From Girardia tigrina (Eukaryota): a stretch of DNA of 64,000 nucleotides. The notes beneath the pieces were generated by a model, which saw only the letters and a list, made by a program, of their open reading frames with translations, made no database searches and was not told where the DNA came from. The stretch is from NCBI GenBank assembly GCA_001938485.1, contig MQRK01204567.1, positions 13,668-77,667 of the forward strand, written 5' to 3'. The stretch's first letter is position 1. Every line of letters begins with the position of its first letter. A program made the position numbers and the translations under genes. Shown piece after piece: positions 11,165 through 24,952 of this stretch.

Positions 11165-12971
11165 CAAATTATTATATTTAAATGAATTATCATTATTTAT
11201 AATCCTTCATCAACTCCCTTGTCCAAGATAATAGAGACATTTATTTGTTTTGCCCATTGAATGACAATCTGTGATATTTTTTGCTGTGGTTTTCTTTTGC
11301 ATGTGCTATATATATATACTCAATTTACACATTTATTATAAACAATTTTCAAACAAAATTTTCAACTATTTTCTTAATTAATAATCAATCTACCGATCTC
11401 TATTTTCAAATAAGTTTTCATTTATTTTAGATTTTAATCAAATAAAATAATATTTAATTTTTTAATTTTCAAATTTTAATGAAAATATTTATGACAATTA
11501 TTATTTTAAGTATATTTAATTTTTAATCAAAATACTTCATTTTCAAATTTGTTGTTTATTTTAATATTTTTAAACAGTTTTTATTATAATTTTGTTTTTC
11601 AAATGAAATATTATATGCTGTTTTTAATTTTGTGTTTTTTAATAAAATATTTTATAATATATTTACTATTTTTGAAATTTTCGAAAATACCTTATATATT
11701 TAATATTCAATTTTTATATTTTAAATATTTTATTTTTTTAATCAAATCCTTAATTTAATTTAAAATTTGAAAAAAATTTTATTTGATAATTTTTATAAAT
11801 ATTAATAAATATTTTAATAGAATTCAAATTTTGACTAAAATTATTAATTTTAAAACTACTTAATCAGATATGTTTATGTTAACTCATTTTTCTACTAATA
11901 TAATATTTTAATTCAAATTAATTTATAAAGAATATTTTCAAATTCTTATTTTAAATATTAAAGTATCATTCTATGTATTAATTTAAAATTTTGAATTTGA
12001 TTTGGATTACAAATATTTTTTAAAACTATTTAAATTTCGATCAGTAAACTAAAAATTTATTAACTCTGCAACATTTTTTTAAAATCAATATATATACTTT
12101 GAAATTCTTCTCCAATTTTTCCAGAAAATTCTCAAACAACATTTTATCACAACGGGTCCAGCACATCCACACCGAACTCCCGTTCCAATTTCCAAGCACC
12201 TCTGCCACCACTGTTCGGTCTTCGAGGCAACTCGGGGATCGGGTGAATAATATGAATCGAAAGAAAACGTTTAAATTATTATTTTAGAGTTATTACAAAT
12301 AGAGTTTCTTATTGCTCATCAACATTTAATATTAAATGTGATAGTGTAAAAAAGTAATTTCGTAAAACTATTTTCTTAGCCGTTCCCCATTAGTCAAACT
12401 ATTTGCATTCTCGCAGAGGAAGGGTCTGTCTAAGAAAGGGGTCGAGAATAGACAGAAGAAAACGAATACGCATCACTGATTTATCCGACTGTATAATTTC
12501 GTATTAAATATCGATAAAGGTCGAAATCGGTGTAAATTATTCAGACTGAAAATTAAATCTCTCTTTAGCGTATTTCAAACTTTCTGTAGATAGATAATAT
12601 AATTATCAAAATATAAATTATTTTAATTATTTCTGCTCTTTTATTAAAGAGGAAACATAGATTATATAATTTGAATTTTTGTGGAAAGTGCTCAGTTAAT
12701 TATTCCTCTCGAATAGGCAATTATCTGGGTAACAATTGTAACAATATCGACATTGTCTAACAACTAGTAGGAAAATCCAAACTCTTTCGTCGTTCTGTAG
12801 AAGAACAATTTACCATCAAATTTGTAATAAAAACACTTATTTGTGAATGAAAATAGTTAATGAATAAAATTCTGAATAGGTTTATATTCCCGTGGGATTT
12901 TTTTCCGTTTAATGATAGGGAAATATCGTTTCAAAAACGCATAGTTCATTTAGCGTTTATGTGTTTCCATA

Positions 12972-13010
12972 TAATAAATAAAATAATAATAATAATAATA
13001 ATAATAATCA
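12972..13010. repeat. (AAT)n microsatellite
   Basis: Direct reading. Confidence 0.85.
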
Positions 13011-16000
13011 AAATAATCGTAGGATAACTTGAATATTTTATTTTAATAAGCTCATTGTTTATTATTGAATTATTTGTTTTGGTATAACTGTGAGAATTTT
13101 ATGTTTCTCTTTCCACTTGATCCTTTTTTTGCTTTTGGGAATAATTTGTTCCACGACTTTTAAAAGTAAAAACAAATTCAAATTTAAAAAAAAATCGAAA
13201 GATTATTAAACTTATTTTTGATAATGAAAATCGAATATTTTAGTTTGATTTAAACAACCTGTATTATGCTTTTAGGTAATTAATTTATAATTAATTAATT
13301 AATTAATATATCTTCTATTGGAAAGATTTTCGATTAAATTACAAACGATAAGTCCGAGTAAAACTACGGATCTTTCGTTATTTTTGTTTTTTGAAGTACA
13401 GGAAATAGAAAATATATCATTAAATATTTATTTGTTGCAAAAGATAATTAATTATTTGCAATATACATTTTTTTTAAATGATTTTTTTTAAATATAAAAT
13501 GAGTTATTTATTAAAGAATAACTAATAATAATATTAATAATAATAACAATAATATTATTATTTTATTTATAATACATTTATATGAATTAAATTAATTTAA
13601 TTTAATTTTAATCATTTCATATCAACTATTTTATTATTAATTTATATTTAACAGTATGAAAAATAATAAATTACAAAATATTAAAAATAGATTACAAGGT
13701 TTACAGGAATAAGTAATACTGAGTATTTAAATTGCTCAAATATAATTAAGTTATTAATAACATGAATTACTCAGGTTTATTATTATTAATTATAAAGAAA
13801 TAATCTATTCGTACCACAAACTTTGAAAATACAAATATATTATTTCCCTATATTAAAATTTACAGGAACAGTTTTATCAAACTATATATAGTTTGATGAA
13901 CCTATTTCCGTTGTAACTTATAAGTAACGAAATGATTAACCAATTTAACTAACTGAAGTAATTTAATCTGAAATAATAAATTTTGTACTGAAATGTATTT
14001 TGATTTGATATACTTCATTTTAGAAAAAAATTGTTCGCAAAAGTAAGTCGTGCCAAACATAAAAATAAACTGGCACGAAAATTTTTTTAAATTTGGAAAG
14101 TGGTCCAAATCCAAATTTTTATAAAAATCAATCAAGTTTTCTTCCTTAAATTTATCTTTAATACGCTCATCTTCCTGCAGTTCAATTACATCTATTTGAA
14201 AATGAGTTGGAATATTTCCAATATCACAATCGAACGGATTTTGAAAAAACCTTATTTCGGAGCATTAGCATCCAGTTCAGCAAAACGTTTCCGAAATTAT
14301 TGTTTTAGGTCTTCGATAACTATATTTGCGAAAGGCAAAGGAAATGTCCCTTGGCACGTTTTATACGATTCTACACAGCATTGCATATGTGTAAAATCAT
14401 AATTGTTTCTAGTAGTAGCAACTTTGCTCTGAATGCCTTTATATTTGTGTAAAAATCGCAAATTAAATTATTTTCACCTTTTAATTTTAAATTTAAATTG
14501 TTCATATGATTTACCAAATCTGTAAAAATCGCCAACTTCCAGAGCCATTCACGATTTGACAAAAGTGGTTTAGAGTGATCTTTCTCGGTAAGGAAAATAT
14601 CAATTTCATGTCTGAGTTGAAAGAAACGGAAAATAACTTTTCCACAACTAAGCCAACGAACAGCGGTGCACTATTTCAAATCTATATATTTGGAATCACA
14701 TTCTTCAAGGAAAGTTCGAAATTGATGATTATTAAGTGCATGAGCACGAATAAAGTTTACCATTGAAATGACTGACTTCAATACGCAGCTCATATTAATA
14801 TATTTTGTACAAAGTGTTTGTTGGTGGATCATATACAGTGAAAAAACATAGGTTTTGATTTTCCAATTATTTCACACACTTTTGAGATTTGTCCAACCAA
14901 ACTTTTTTTATACCAGCCATTTTTCTTGCGCCATCAATTGTAACAAATTGTAATCGAATCCAATCTAACTTAAAAACATTTAATGTTTTTTCAACTTCCT
15001 TGAAAATGTCATCTCCCGTTGTAGTGCTATGCATGCTACAAAGTGAAGCTAATTCCTGTGTAAGGTTAAGATTATTGTCAACGCCACAGAAACATACCTT
15101 AAGCTGTGCGGTATTAGAAATATCAGTTCATTCATCCAAAGCCAACGAGTACCAATTAAAACTTTGTGCTTTATTAATTGTTTGTTTAAAAATGTTGTTT
15201 CCGATATGTTCAACACGTCGACCAATTATATTTGGTGCAAAAAACATATTAATTTTTTTTGGACATAACTCAGTCTCTGCTTACATGATACAATCAGTGA
15301 ACGGTTTTCCTCTTTTAGCCAGCACATACGCAATTTTGTAACTTGCCAAGGTATAGTTTTCATTATCCTTTTTTCTGTTTAGTAAAAAATATTTGTTTGG
15401 ATTGTAAAGCTTGAGATAATGATTCAAATTAATTTAGCCGCTCTTTTTCTTTAAATTGGGAAAAGATTTCAGCATGTTTTGTGTCATAGTGACGACGTAT
15501 ATGATAAATTCTTTTCATACAGCTATTTTTTCTGTGCATATTACACAAATAGCTTTTCCTCCTGTTTTTGATTGCACGAAAAAGTATTTTATGCCCCATT
15601 CATCATTAAAAATACGCCCTTCGTCATCCACTTTTCGTTTCTTTTCATATGACTTTTTTAGAATCAATCTTCAATTTAAAAAGTAAAATTTATAAATTAA
15701 TTAAAAAAATAAATTTGTGAGATACTTACAATTATATATCGCCAAGTTTTGCGTTCTGATGATTATAATCGGTCGAAAAATTTCAGTCGTTTTCTTTCGC
15801 AACGAAAATATATAAGTAATTTGTCTAATTGGAAAAATCAAGAAATAATGTATATATCTTTCCAAACAGTTGCCAAAATAAAGTAAGATAAAACAAATTT
15901 TTACATAATAAAATTAATTAAATTTAACAAATATTTTCAAAAAAATTCTTGTAAACTCCGATTTCCGACGAATAGTTTGGCCAAATTTGCAAACGAAATT

Positions 16001-17140
16001 AAGTTATAAATAACAATATGTGATTTTAATATACAAGTATATTTACATGTTTAAAACTTTTCTTGTTAATATTAATAATAAAAAATGAAATTATTTTTTA
16101 TATTTATTAGTTTGGTCGAAAAATAATTGCGGTTTGGGGACACAAACTTCAAAGACGTGCAAATTCACAGAACCAAAAGTTTATTAATCAAAGTATGAAC
16201 CGTTGGCATCAATACATTTTTGCCAACGAGAAACAATTTGTTTTATTCCATCAGCATAAAATGCATCGGTTCTCGAAGCGACGAATTCTTGGAAGGCATT
16301 TTGAGCATCATTTTGGTTTTTGAAAATTTTTTCACGTAGGAAGTTGTACAAATTCCTGAAAAAGTAGAAGTCCGTTGGCGAGAGGTCTGATGAATATGAT
16401 GGATGAAGCAGGGTTTCATAGCTCAACTCATTAGGCTTCTGAAGAGTCACTTTTAAAATATGAGGTCTAGCGTTATCATGAAGAAGGATGGGACTTTTTC
16501 GATTGGCCAATCCCGGACAAAGGGTTTTCAATTTTTATGCATTTCATCAATTTCATGACAGTACCTCTCCGCTGTGATNNNNNNNNNNNNNNNNNNNNNN
16601 NNNNNNNNNNNNNNNNNNNNNNNNNNNNCACTGTGCAGATCGACGTCGGTTATCATACAGGATCCATTTCTCATCACAGGTAACAATACGATCAAGGAAT
16701 GGATCGTTTTTATTGCGAAGATGATTGGCAGAACAAATTTCATAGCGCTGGTTCTTTTGATTTTCATTTAAATCATGTGGAACCCATTTAACAAGTTTCT
16801 TGATTTTTCCAAGTTGTTTTAAATGATCCTGGACTGTTGAATGACTAATGCCCAACCCATCTGCAAGTTCTCTGATTGTTATTGTTCTCTGATTGTACGG
16901 GGATCTGTTTCCACAATTGTCCTCAAATTGTCGTTGTTCACAGCAACTGGACGACCACGACCTTCTTCATCTTCAAGGTTTTCATCTCCATCAGAAAACT
17001 GTCGGAACCATCGTTGCACTGTGCGCTCAGAAGCTGTGCCCTTGCCAAACGCTTTATTGATATTGTGAGCCGTTTCTGCTGCTTTACGACCCAGTTTAAA
17101 TTCGAATTGCTCAAATTGCAATTTTTTCCATTATTAATAG

Positions 17141-17232
17141 AAATATTCTAAATATTTCCATTATAAATAAAATATTCTAAAATATTCTAAATATTCTAAA
17201 ATATTCTAAATATTTTAGAAAAATATTCTAAA
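17141..17232. repeat. Tandem (AAATATTCTA)n minisatellite in the mariner 5' UTR
   Basis: About 7 imperfect 9-10 bp units. Confidence 0.75.
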
Positions 17233-17295
17233 AAATAACAGCAATATGTTAATAATGGCTATAGGAATATACAGCTAAGCATAAGATTTCAAATA

Positions 17296-17536
17296 CAGTA
17301 GATTTCGCTTATAGAGAACTTGCTTAAAGAGAATAAAATCGGTTAAAGAGAACTTTTTTTTTCAGCGAAAAATAACTGAGTTTATTTTTAAAAAATAAAT
17401 GTGTTGATTAGTAAAGTTTTTTTTGATATTTTTTTAAAAATTATCCTTATAAAAAAGTATCTGTTAAAGAGAAATATCGGTTATAGAGAACATTTTTTCA
17501 AGTCCCAAAAATATTCTCTTTAAGCGGTATCTACTT
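17296..17536. mobile_element. pogo/Tigger-type MITE
   Basis: TIRs CAGTAGATTTCGCTTATAGAGAA / AAGTAGATACCGCTTAAAGAGAA; TA TSD; repeated TAAAGAGAA subterminal motifs. Confidence 0.85.
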
Positions 17537-18472
17537 TAATATCTAACACTAACGCATTTAAACTTATATACATATCAAAGTAGATAAACAAAGTATAAAG
17601 CTCAAAAACCGCCATTATTTTTCGACCAACCTAATATTAATGAATTATTAACTTTACAATTTAAAGTTAAATTAAAATTTTAAATTATTGCAAATCGTTA
17701 TTTGATTTTTATATTCAATGTAAGTTGTCTACATTTGTGGAATTGTGTTGAGGGCCGGATAAAATTATGTCGCGGGCCGTAGTTTGGAGACCCCTGGTCT
17801 ATTGAATAGACCAAACTACCTCAGGGAATCATTAGAAAGAGGTCTAATAAGTACGTATTACTTTCGATGATTTAGAAGTACTAAATATAAATTTTAAATT
17901 CTTTTTTTAAATCTGAACTTCTTAATTTTATACTTTTATATCATTTAATATCAAATTCCCACATCAGTAATTCTTTTCGAATTCGACAACAAAACTGATC
18001 TGCTCATCAGCAAATAATGTGTTTACTAATATTATTTAGTTTCATTAAGCGATACCAAATAAGATCAATCGAACATCAAAGGACGCCAAATAAAAATTTT
18101 CAAAAAATTCAGTTTTATAATTATTGAAAATATTTCTGGAGAAAGCTTGTTAAAAATTTATGCTGAAAAGCAAAAATTATCAAATAAATTTTTCGTCTCA
18201 AAAATAAATATATAAATAAATCAGTGTTGATTAATTAAAACAAAAGCCGATTTTTTTTCTGAAAATATAAAATTATTGTTTTTCATGGCATAAATCTTCT
18301 AACATCCTTTCTAATTCCTTTTTGGAATAAATAATTTAAAAAAAACGTTTCGAGTTTTATTAATTAGGAACTGTCAATGTCTTCATAAAACTAGGTCTTG
18401 ATCAGATCCCAAAAACGATATTTTCAATTTTTATATACTTAAAAATAATACGAAGTCCGGATGAAAATCTTC

Positions 18473-19587
18473 TTTTAATAACCAAAGTCATCCATTTAAA
18501 AATATATTTTAAGACAATATATTTAGACGGATCTACCGTCATCTTCAGGTTACTAATTAATAATCAATTCACCTGTATATAAATAAAAAAAGGATGATTA
18601 TGTAATCTGGATCATTTGGTTGAAAGAAAATCTCTTAGTTGCGAGACTGGGATTTATAGGAAGCAAACTGATACAGGTTTATATACTTCACCAGACAGTT
18701 TTTGTAAACTTAAGTATAAAAGAAACATGATTAAAGGTTTAATTTATCGCTCCTGGTCGTTGTCTTCCATTTTTGTTAAATCTGTAGAAAGTGTTAATAA
18801 ACTAAGTTCGTTGTTAAATAAGAATGGTTATTCTAAATCTTTTCTAGAAAAATTAATAAAGGAAACAGGAGATAAAATACTTTTGAAAGATTTTTCGAAA
18901 AATCAGAGTTTGGCTTCTCCTGGTGGATCTAAGAAAGAAATCGAAGAATCATTAGATATGAATAATATGCCTAAATATTGTTTAATTGTACCTTATTCTG
19001 AAGGATTTAAAAAATTTAAAAATGCATTGTTAAAAGCAATTAACAATGAATTAAATTTAAAAATTATATCACGATCTCATAAAATTCAAAATATGTTCAG
19101 TAATAAATCTATTACACCTTTAACACTTTGTTCNNNNNNNNNNNNNNNNNNNNNNNNNNNNNNNNNNNNNNNNNNNNNNNNNNNNNNNNNNNNNNNNNNN
19201 NNNNNNNNNNNACGAATTCAAGAACATGGTCGAAAAGAGAGTAAGAGTAATATTGCAGAACATAGGAAAAAATATAAATGTGATGTTAATTTTGATAATT
19301 TCAAAATTCTGTGTAAGCATTTTGACAGTTTTTGTGAGAGAGTGTCGTGTGAAGCATTGTTAAATAGATCACGTTACCCTAAAATCAATGTTCAATCGGC
19401 AGTCTCAACCAGCTTATTGAGAATTTTTGATTAGCATGATTTCATGCAACCGATTACATAATCATCATTTTTGTATTTATATACAGGTGAATTGATTATT
19501 AATTAGTAACCTGAAGATGACGGTAGATCCGTCGAAATATATTGTCTTAAAATATATTTTTAAATGGATGATTTTTGGTTATTAAAA
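18473..19587 (+). mobile_element. 5'-truncated Penelope-like element with inverted pseudo-LTR
   Basis: ORF 18616-19434 is RT thumb (IYRKQTDTGLY) plus GIY-YIG endonuclease C-terminus (RIQEH..SNIAEH, EALL..YPKIN). 18473-18607 is an inverted copy of 19452-19587. Confidence 0.9.
19508..19546 (+). ncRNA. Minimal hammerhead ribozyme of a PLE
   Basis: CUGAAGA-U-GACGG uagau CCGUC-GAAA-UAUA-UU; stem I is weak. Confidence 0.7.
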
Positions 19588-19614
19588 ATAATATTTATAT
19601 ATTTATATAATATA

Positions 19615-20168
19615 TGTTATGCCAAATTTGTGTAATTGAAGAATTCGTTAATTAGACAAAAAATTGCCGAATTCGTGAATACGCCAAAATAAGTGCCGAA
19701 TTCACAAATAAGGTTAAATATTTTGCCGAGTTCGTGAATTCGGCAATAGTTTACTGAAATAGTGTAATTGCCGAATTTATGAAGAAATCATTTTTTGCCA
19801 AATATACTAGCTATATAAAAATTTTTCAATTTTTAAGGAAAGATTATGTATTTAATATGAAAAAAATAAAAATTTAATATGAAAAAATAAATTAAATATG
19901 AAAGAAATTTTAATTTATTATGCAAAAATAGATTCCAAATGTAAAATTTTTTATTCATAATTATTTAAATATCTTCATTGGTGGCAAACTGAATTGCAAA
20001 CGTTTGTATTTTAAAAGCATTTTTTCAAATTGAACTGATATTTTTTTCATATGAAATACAAAATTTTTCATATTAAATATTAATATCAATTTCATAATTG
20101 AATTAAAAAAAATTTTTTAAAAATTGCCGAGTTCGTGAATTCGGCAATTACTCAAATTCGGCATAACA
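19615..20168. mobile_element. MITE with TGT...ACA termini (Ginger-like)
   Basis: TIRs TGTTATGCC(A/G)AATTTG(T/A)GTAATTG; repeated GCCGAATTC motifs; flanks TATA/TTTA. Confidence 0.7.
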
Positions 20169-20458
20169 TTTACATTATATTTCAGAAGATGTAAAATAAT
20201 TTGGAAGAATAAATGGATCAGGAATCATTGACCTTAGTTAGTCATACTTCCATGTAGAATCCCAGCTTAACTATTAAATTAGTGTATATGAAAACACAAC
20301 TTCTTATTTTAATTGATTCGAGTCATATTCATTCTGATAAATTATCTATTTAAATCATTTTAGACTAACTTTCACTTCCATCACCCTTTCATTACTGTCA
20401 ACTTAATAAAAATGAACATTTCCGGAATCTAATCCTTTACTATTTTTGTCAAAATTTA

Positions 20459-20918
20459 TGTTAGGTTCGTAGTTGTGTTCTGATGAAAACTTAGATGAAG
20501 ACATTTTTGAAAATTTTATTTAATACAACATTATAACATAATATTTAAACAAGTTTTGTTTAAGTTAATTTTTTGAGGAACAATTTTTCATTTTTTTGCA
20601 CAAAAAAAATAATATCAAAATAAATTATAAGTGAATACAGTTTAATCAAATGTAAATTTAATTATTTTTGTAATTTTATATTTATTTAATTTTCTAAAAA
20701 ACCTGCTAAACTGTGCTTAAATGTTCTTAAAATCTTTAACTTTCGTTCTCAAATCTATTTAATTTAGAAATTTTAGTATTGTAAGTTTTATGTAAACTTT
20801 TTTTTACAATAACTTCTATTTTTGGTTTTATAATTTAATATTAATTTATTCTTTTTAACTATAACATTTTATCTTTAGTTTATTCAAAAAATTAGAAGAG
20901 TTTCCAAAATTCCTCACA
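20459..20918 (-). mobile_element. Divergent LTR (TG...CA) of the same family
   Basis: TGTGAGGAATTTTGG ... GAACCTAACA; U5 ORF MSSSKFSSEHNYEPN in the family phase; no TSD match. Confidence 0.5.
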
Positions 20919-20924
20919 CTAGTG

Positions 20925-21340
20925 TCTTTGATGCCGAGTGTTTGAAATAATTGATTTATATTGATCCATGCCAATCGACACGAGTGCTTGGACAAGACAA
21001 TTATAATAAAGAATCTATTTTTCAATATCTACAGAAAATGAGAAAAGTTCAAAAGCTTGGATCATGGGCACCTAACTATTCAAAGAAAGTCACATAAATC
21101 AAAGTGCTTCGATTTCTACATCTTTGCTCGTTCACCATTAATCTGATGTGCAACAAAATCAATCTTTCCTTTCCAGGATCGGGACATGTGATGAGAAATG
21201 GTGTCTGTTTGTAAATTTGAAATATAAAAAAAGCTTGAGTAATTCCTTAAAATCGACCACAATCACGTGAGAAACCCAAAATTGTGTATTTGGTCGGACC
21301 AAATTGGTGTTATTCATTACAAAATGCTGTCAATGATGAG
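20925..21340 (+). mobile_element. Mariner transposase relic
   Basis: KLGSWAPN (decayed WVPH) and RIGTCDEKWCLFVN. Confidence 0.7.
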
Positions 21341-23487
21341 TTTTTGTTCTACAAAAGGGGTCGAATCACATTACGTATGATAGTATGATAAATCTACAAC
21401 TCAATAATTAACGTCGAAAATAGACAAATAATTACTAGAAAATTTTAAATATTGTTGAAAAATAATTAGTAATGGAACACAATTGACTTGACAACGATTG
21501 TTAAAAAATAAATGATAAAATCGAAAACCAATAAAAAACATTAGCACATCATTATACCTTAAGTTCGAAAAATTACAGACGAATCATGATACGCGATCAA
21601 CGTATTGTATTACAGGTTTTAGAAGAAAAAGTGAGTTCAAGAAAATATTTAATGTTTCAAAATCCTCGTACCTAAACGGGTACCTTCCATTACCTCTATT
21701 TTCCTTTAAAACATTTAATCAAACGCACAATGTTTGACACAAAATTACCAAGGCATAATGTATATAATCAATTACTGATACCAGTATCTATTTACTAAAA
21801 AAAATAAACAAAACACTGAAAAATATTAAATAAATAAAGTTTGAATATGTGTTAGGTAAATTAGATTTTAAAATAACGAACGCTATTAATTTACATGAAG
21901 TATCAAAATTTGAAGTTTGTTTCACCAATTCACATTCATTTACTGTCTCAGGTGGAGATTATTCTGATAGTTAAGTGACACAGTATGTCCATGGTTTTTT
22001 GATAGTCCATGGCAGAAGATACTTCAGCGGTCTGCATTAAACGTATTTGAGACATTCATTTTTCATCAAAGTTTACCTGTTATTTTTCCAGGTAAGCCCA
22101 CTGTCAACTATATTACTGTGAGGATCATTATCTTGTACAACCCTCGGTGGGCTACAAGTCAAAGTAAAGTATAAAAACTGTATACTTACATATAAGTTTT
22201 TACAGACTTCAAATTCCATTTTTAACTCGCATAAAATTTTTAACTTAAGAAATAAATCTATTTTTATAAGTCTTCTAAATCTAAGAAATCTTTGATTAAT
22301 TTAGATTATTAAAAAGTTATATACGTCAAATTCAAAACTTCGTTAAATATTTATACATTAACATTAACTTCGTTAATATTTATTATACATTTTATTGTGA
22401 ATTCAGAAGAAAAAAAGGTTTTCATTGATAAACTGCTTTTACGCTTACTCCCTTTTTGTGAGTCCCAACGGCTCATATGTATTTATATTCTTGCCGACCA
22501 CCGCAAGTTGTCCATATTTTCTTTATACTTTTCTTAGTAAAATTTTAAGCTGTCCTTTAATTTATAAAATTATTTACTAAAATTTTCTAGAACTTGCTAT
22601 TGTTCCTTTCACATCAATTTGTACCATATTCGAAAGGACGTTTGCTATCAAAACATTATATATTTCAAAGATAAAACTCTTAGCATGACGACTTCGTTCT
22701 CCTGGGACACGTCCTTTTATACTTACAAGGTCTACCACTTCCTAATATTTATCTAATTTTAATGAAGAATAAAATACCGATAAACAAGGTCCATCCTGAT
22801 ATAATATACAATGTAATAATGAAATATTTTTCGGAAATACCAGGACAAGGGTTCAAGGTTTGTTTACAAATTACAATATAAATATTTATTCCAAATTTAA
22901 GTTTTTTATGTTTAGAAAAATCTATTTGTTTTTCTATTGTAAAAAACATGAATTAATTTATGTTTAAACAGAGAATCAACAGACGGCGAAGCCATCCACC
23001 GTGTTAATATTTTACAATCCATAAATAATTTTAATTAAATAAACCCGTACAATCAGTAATAATCAAGTATTTATGGAAGATAATTTAATCTAAATAAATA
23101 AAAAATAAATATTATAAATATGCAAAAAGAAACAGTTGACTATATTTTTTAATATAAATAAAAAATTAAAATTTTAATTTTAATTAAAAATTTAATTAAT
23201 TTAAATAATTTTGAATTTAATGAATTCCGTTATTATAAATTAGGAAATATTTTGTTTAGTTTTTAAGAATTTTTAATTAATTTTTTTATTATTCTAGACT
23301 TACAGACTTAGTTAGGATTTCTATTAATTTTTTGAAACTATTATCAAATGTTTTTGTAATTAGTATTTCTAGAATAAATAAATTAAGAAAACTATTTAAT
23401 TATTATAAGTCCATTTAACTTCCTTTATTTTCGTGATTTTTTTATTTTAAATTTTGTAATAATATAAATAATAATCATTATTATAAC

Positions 23488-24141
23488 TGTAGTGAGGAAT
23501 ATTTTAAATTTTATTAATGTGTGAATGTATTGATGCTGTATGTTTCCACCCAGATGGAAATTGGTATTTTTGTATGTGCGATAATTGATCATTCGAACAT
23601 AATTTAAATAATAATAACGAATTGATAATAATTTGATTAATTTAAATTTTTGAATTAACAATTAAAACCAATTTTAAAATAACTTTTTTTATTTAAATTG
23701 ATATTTCCAAAAATAATGAAATTTACAATATTTTAATTAAACGATATTTTTATAATTTTATAAAATTTTAAAGTAAAATTTTTATAATATATTTGTGACT
23801 TGAAAATTTTAAAATCATCAAATTCAAATTTAAAAAACATTATTACAATTGATAGAATATTTTATAAATCAAATAAAATATAAATTTATCTAGTTCTATT
23901 AACGTAGTGGTGTTTGATTAATTTTAACTAAATTTTAAGGTTTTAAAAAGGAACGTATAGGTTATTAATCTTAATAAATATTTTCGAAAGAGAAAGAAAA
24001 ATGGTTTAAATAATCATTTAAAAACACAAATAAAATCAATTAGAATAACATCAAATCATAAAAGATCTTCCGAGAGTTGTGAAGACTCTAAATGTAATGT
24101 TAATTTATGTTTTCATAATAATTTTGTCGCTGCTCTTAACA
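23488..24141 (+). mobile_element. Solo LTR (TG...CA)
   Basis: GTGAGGAATA start, CCACCCAGATGG motif, end GCTCTTAACA; flanks ATAAC/ATAAT if the start is 23488. Confidence 0.65.
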
Positions 24142-24161
24142 ATAATAATAATAATTGTATT

Positions 24162-24445
24162 TATTAAGAACACCAACATGGGTTTTCAAACTGTTATTTT
24201 CAATACAGTCAGAATTGTCTTTTGGACAACTCTCAGCAAAACTCTCGTAATTCGACATCGTTCTAAATTGATAACTTTTAGTTAATGTTTGTTAATAAAC
24301 AATTATTGGAACAAATTTTTCATTATTTTCAGATTTTATTTTTAGAGTTCAAATTTTGTAATTTTAGTATTAATTTTATTTACATATTAATTTTATTTAA
24401 AAATTATTTTATGGAAAGAACTATTTTATTATAAATAAATAATTA
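24162..24445 (-). mobile_element. LTR 3' part (TA end)
   Basis: Near-identical to 9591-9900. Confidence 0.85.
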
Positions 24446-24449
24446 TTTT

Positions 24450-24952
24450 ATGACAGGTGATAGTTACGTGTCAACGCTTAACAATAATTTTATACCCTGT
24501 GTGAAGAACTGGCCGCTTTGGAAGATGTGGTTTCAACAAGATGGTGCACCTCCCCATTACAGCATTGTCGCACGAAATTGGCTCAACAACAACTTTCCAA
24601 ACAGATGGATTGGTCGACGCGGTTCCGTCGAGTATCCTCCTCGCTCTCCAGACCTTACTCCTCCTGATTTCTTTCTTTGGGGTGTGTTAAAGAATTCAGT
24701 GTATGCCAAAAACCGGGAACAATAGATCAACTTGTGGCAATGATGATGAATTCTTGTACAGAAATTAGGGATGATTTAGACCGAAGTGCTTGCTATTCTG
24801 TCGTTCGAAGGACTGCAAAATGCATTAAAGAAGGCGGCCAACATTTTGATCATTTACTCCGTTAGATTATGTACACAATTTTAATGTAATAATAAATTGA
24901 ATTTTTAAAACCTGTATCGTTTTGACTGATCGGTGACTTTTGACTCACCCTG
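24450..24952 (+). mobile_element. 3' part of a Tc1/mariner DD41D (rosa-type) transposon
   Basis: WFQQDGAPPH with 41 residues to the D of PPDFFLWG; terminal GACTCACCCTG|TA. Confidence 0.9.

Larger units (their letters stand above)
16107..17634 (-). mobile_element. Mariner (cecropia subfamily-like, D,D34D), frameshifted
   Basis: TIRs TTAG(T/G)TTGGTCGAAAAATAAT(T/G)GCGGTTT with TA TSDs; WVPHDL, TCDEKW, HDNARPH with 34 residues to SPTD. Confidence 0.95.
13900..17796 (-). mobile_element. Degenerate hAT transposon (Buster/SPIN, GTF2IRD2-like transposase) interrupted by a mariner
   Basis: Fragmented transposase ~13950-15650 (KRKVDDEGRIFNDEW, WLWKLAIFTDLVNHMNNLNLKL, MFGTTYFCEQFFSKMK). 5' TIR CAGGGGTCTCCAAACTACGGCCCGCG at 17796; 3' TIR not found. 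Confidence 0.85.

Noticed and set aside
14889-15341. 150-aa plus-strand ORF and similar antisense ORFs (16876, 31614, 41126)
   Set aside because: Shadow frames of minus-strand transposases.
15754-15788. CTGATGA...GAAA-AATT-TC hammerhead-like string
   Set aside because: Stem II does not pair, stem I is weak, and there is no PLE context.
19134-19211. N-gaps falling in or next to the GIY-YIG motifs of two PLEs
   Set aside because: Most simply explained as scaffolding gaps in repetitive sequence; no biological signal can be read.
19640-19790. Repeat-spacer-like GCCGAATTC array resembling CRISPR
   Set aside because: Irregular spacing, lies inside MITE TIRs, eukaryotic context, and no cas genes.
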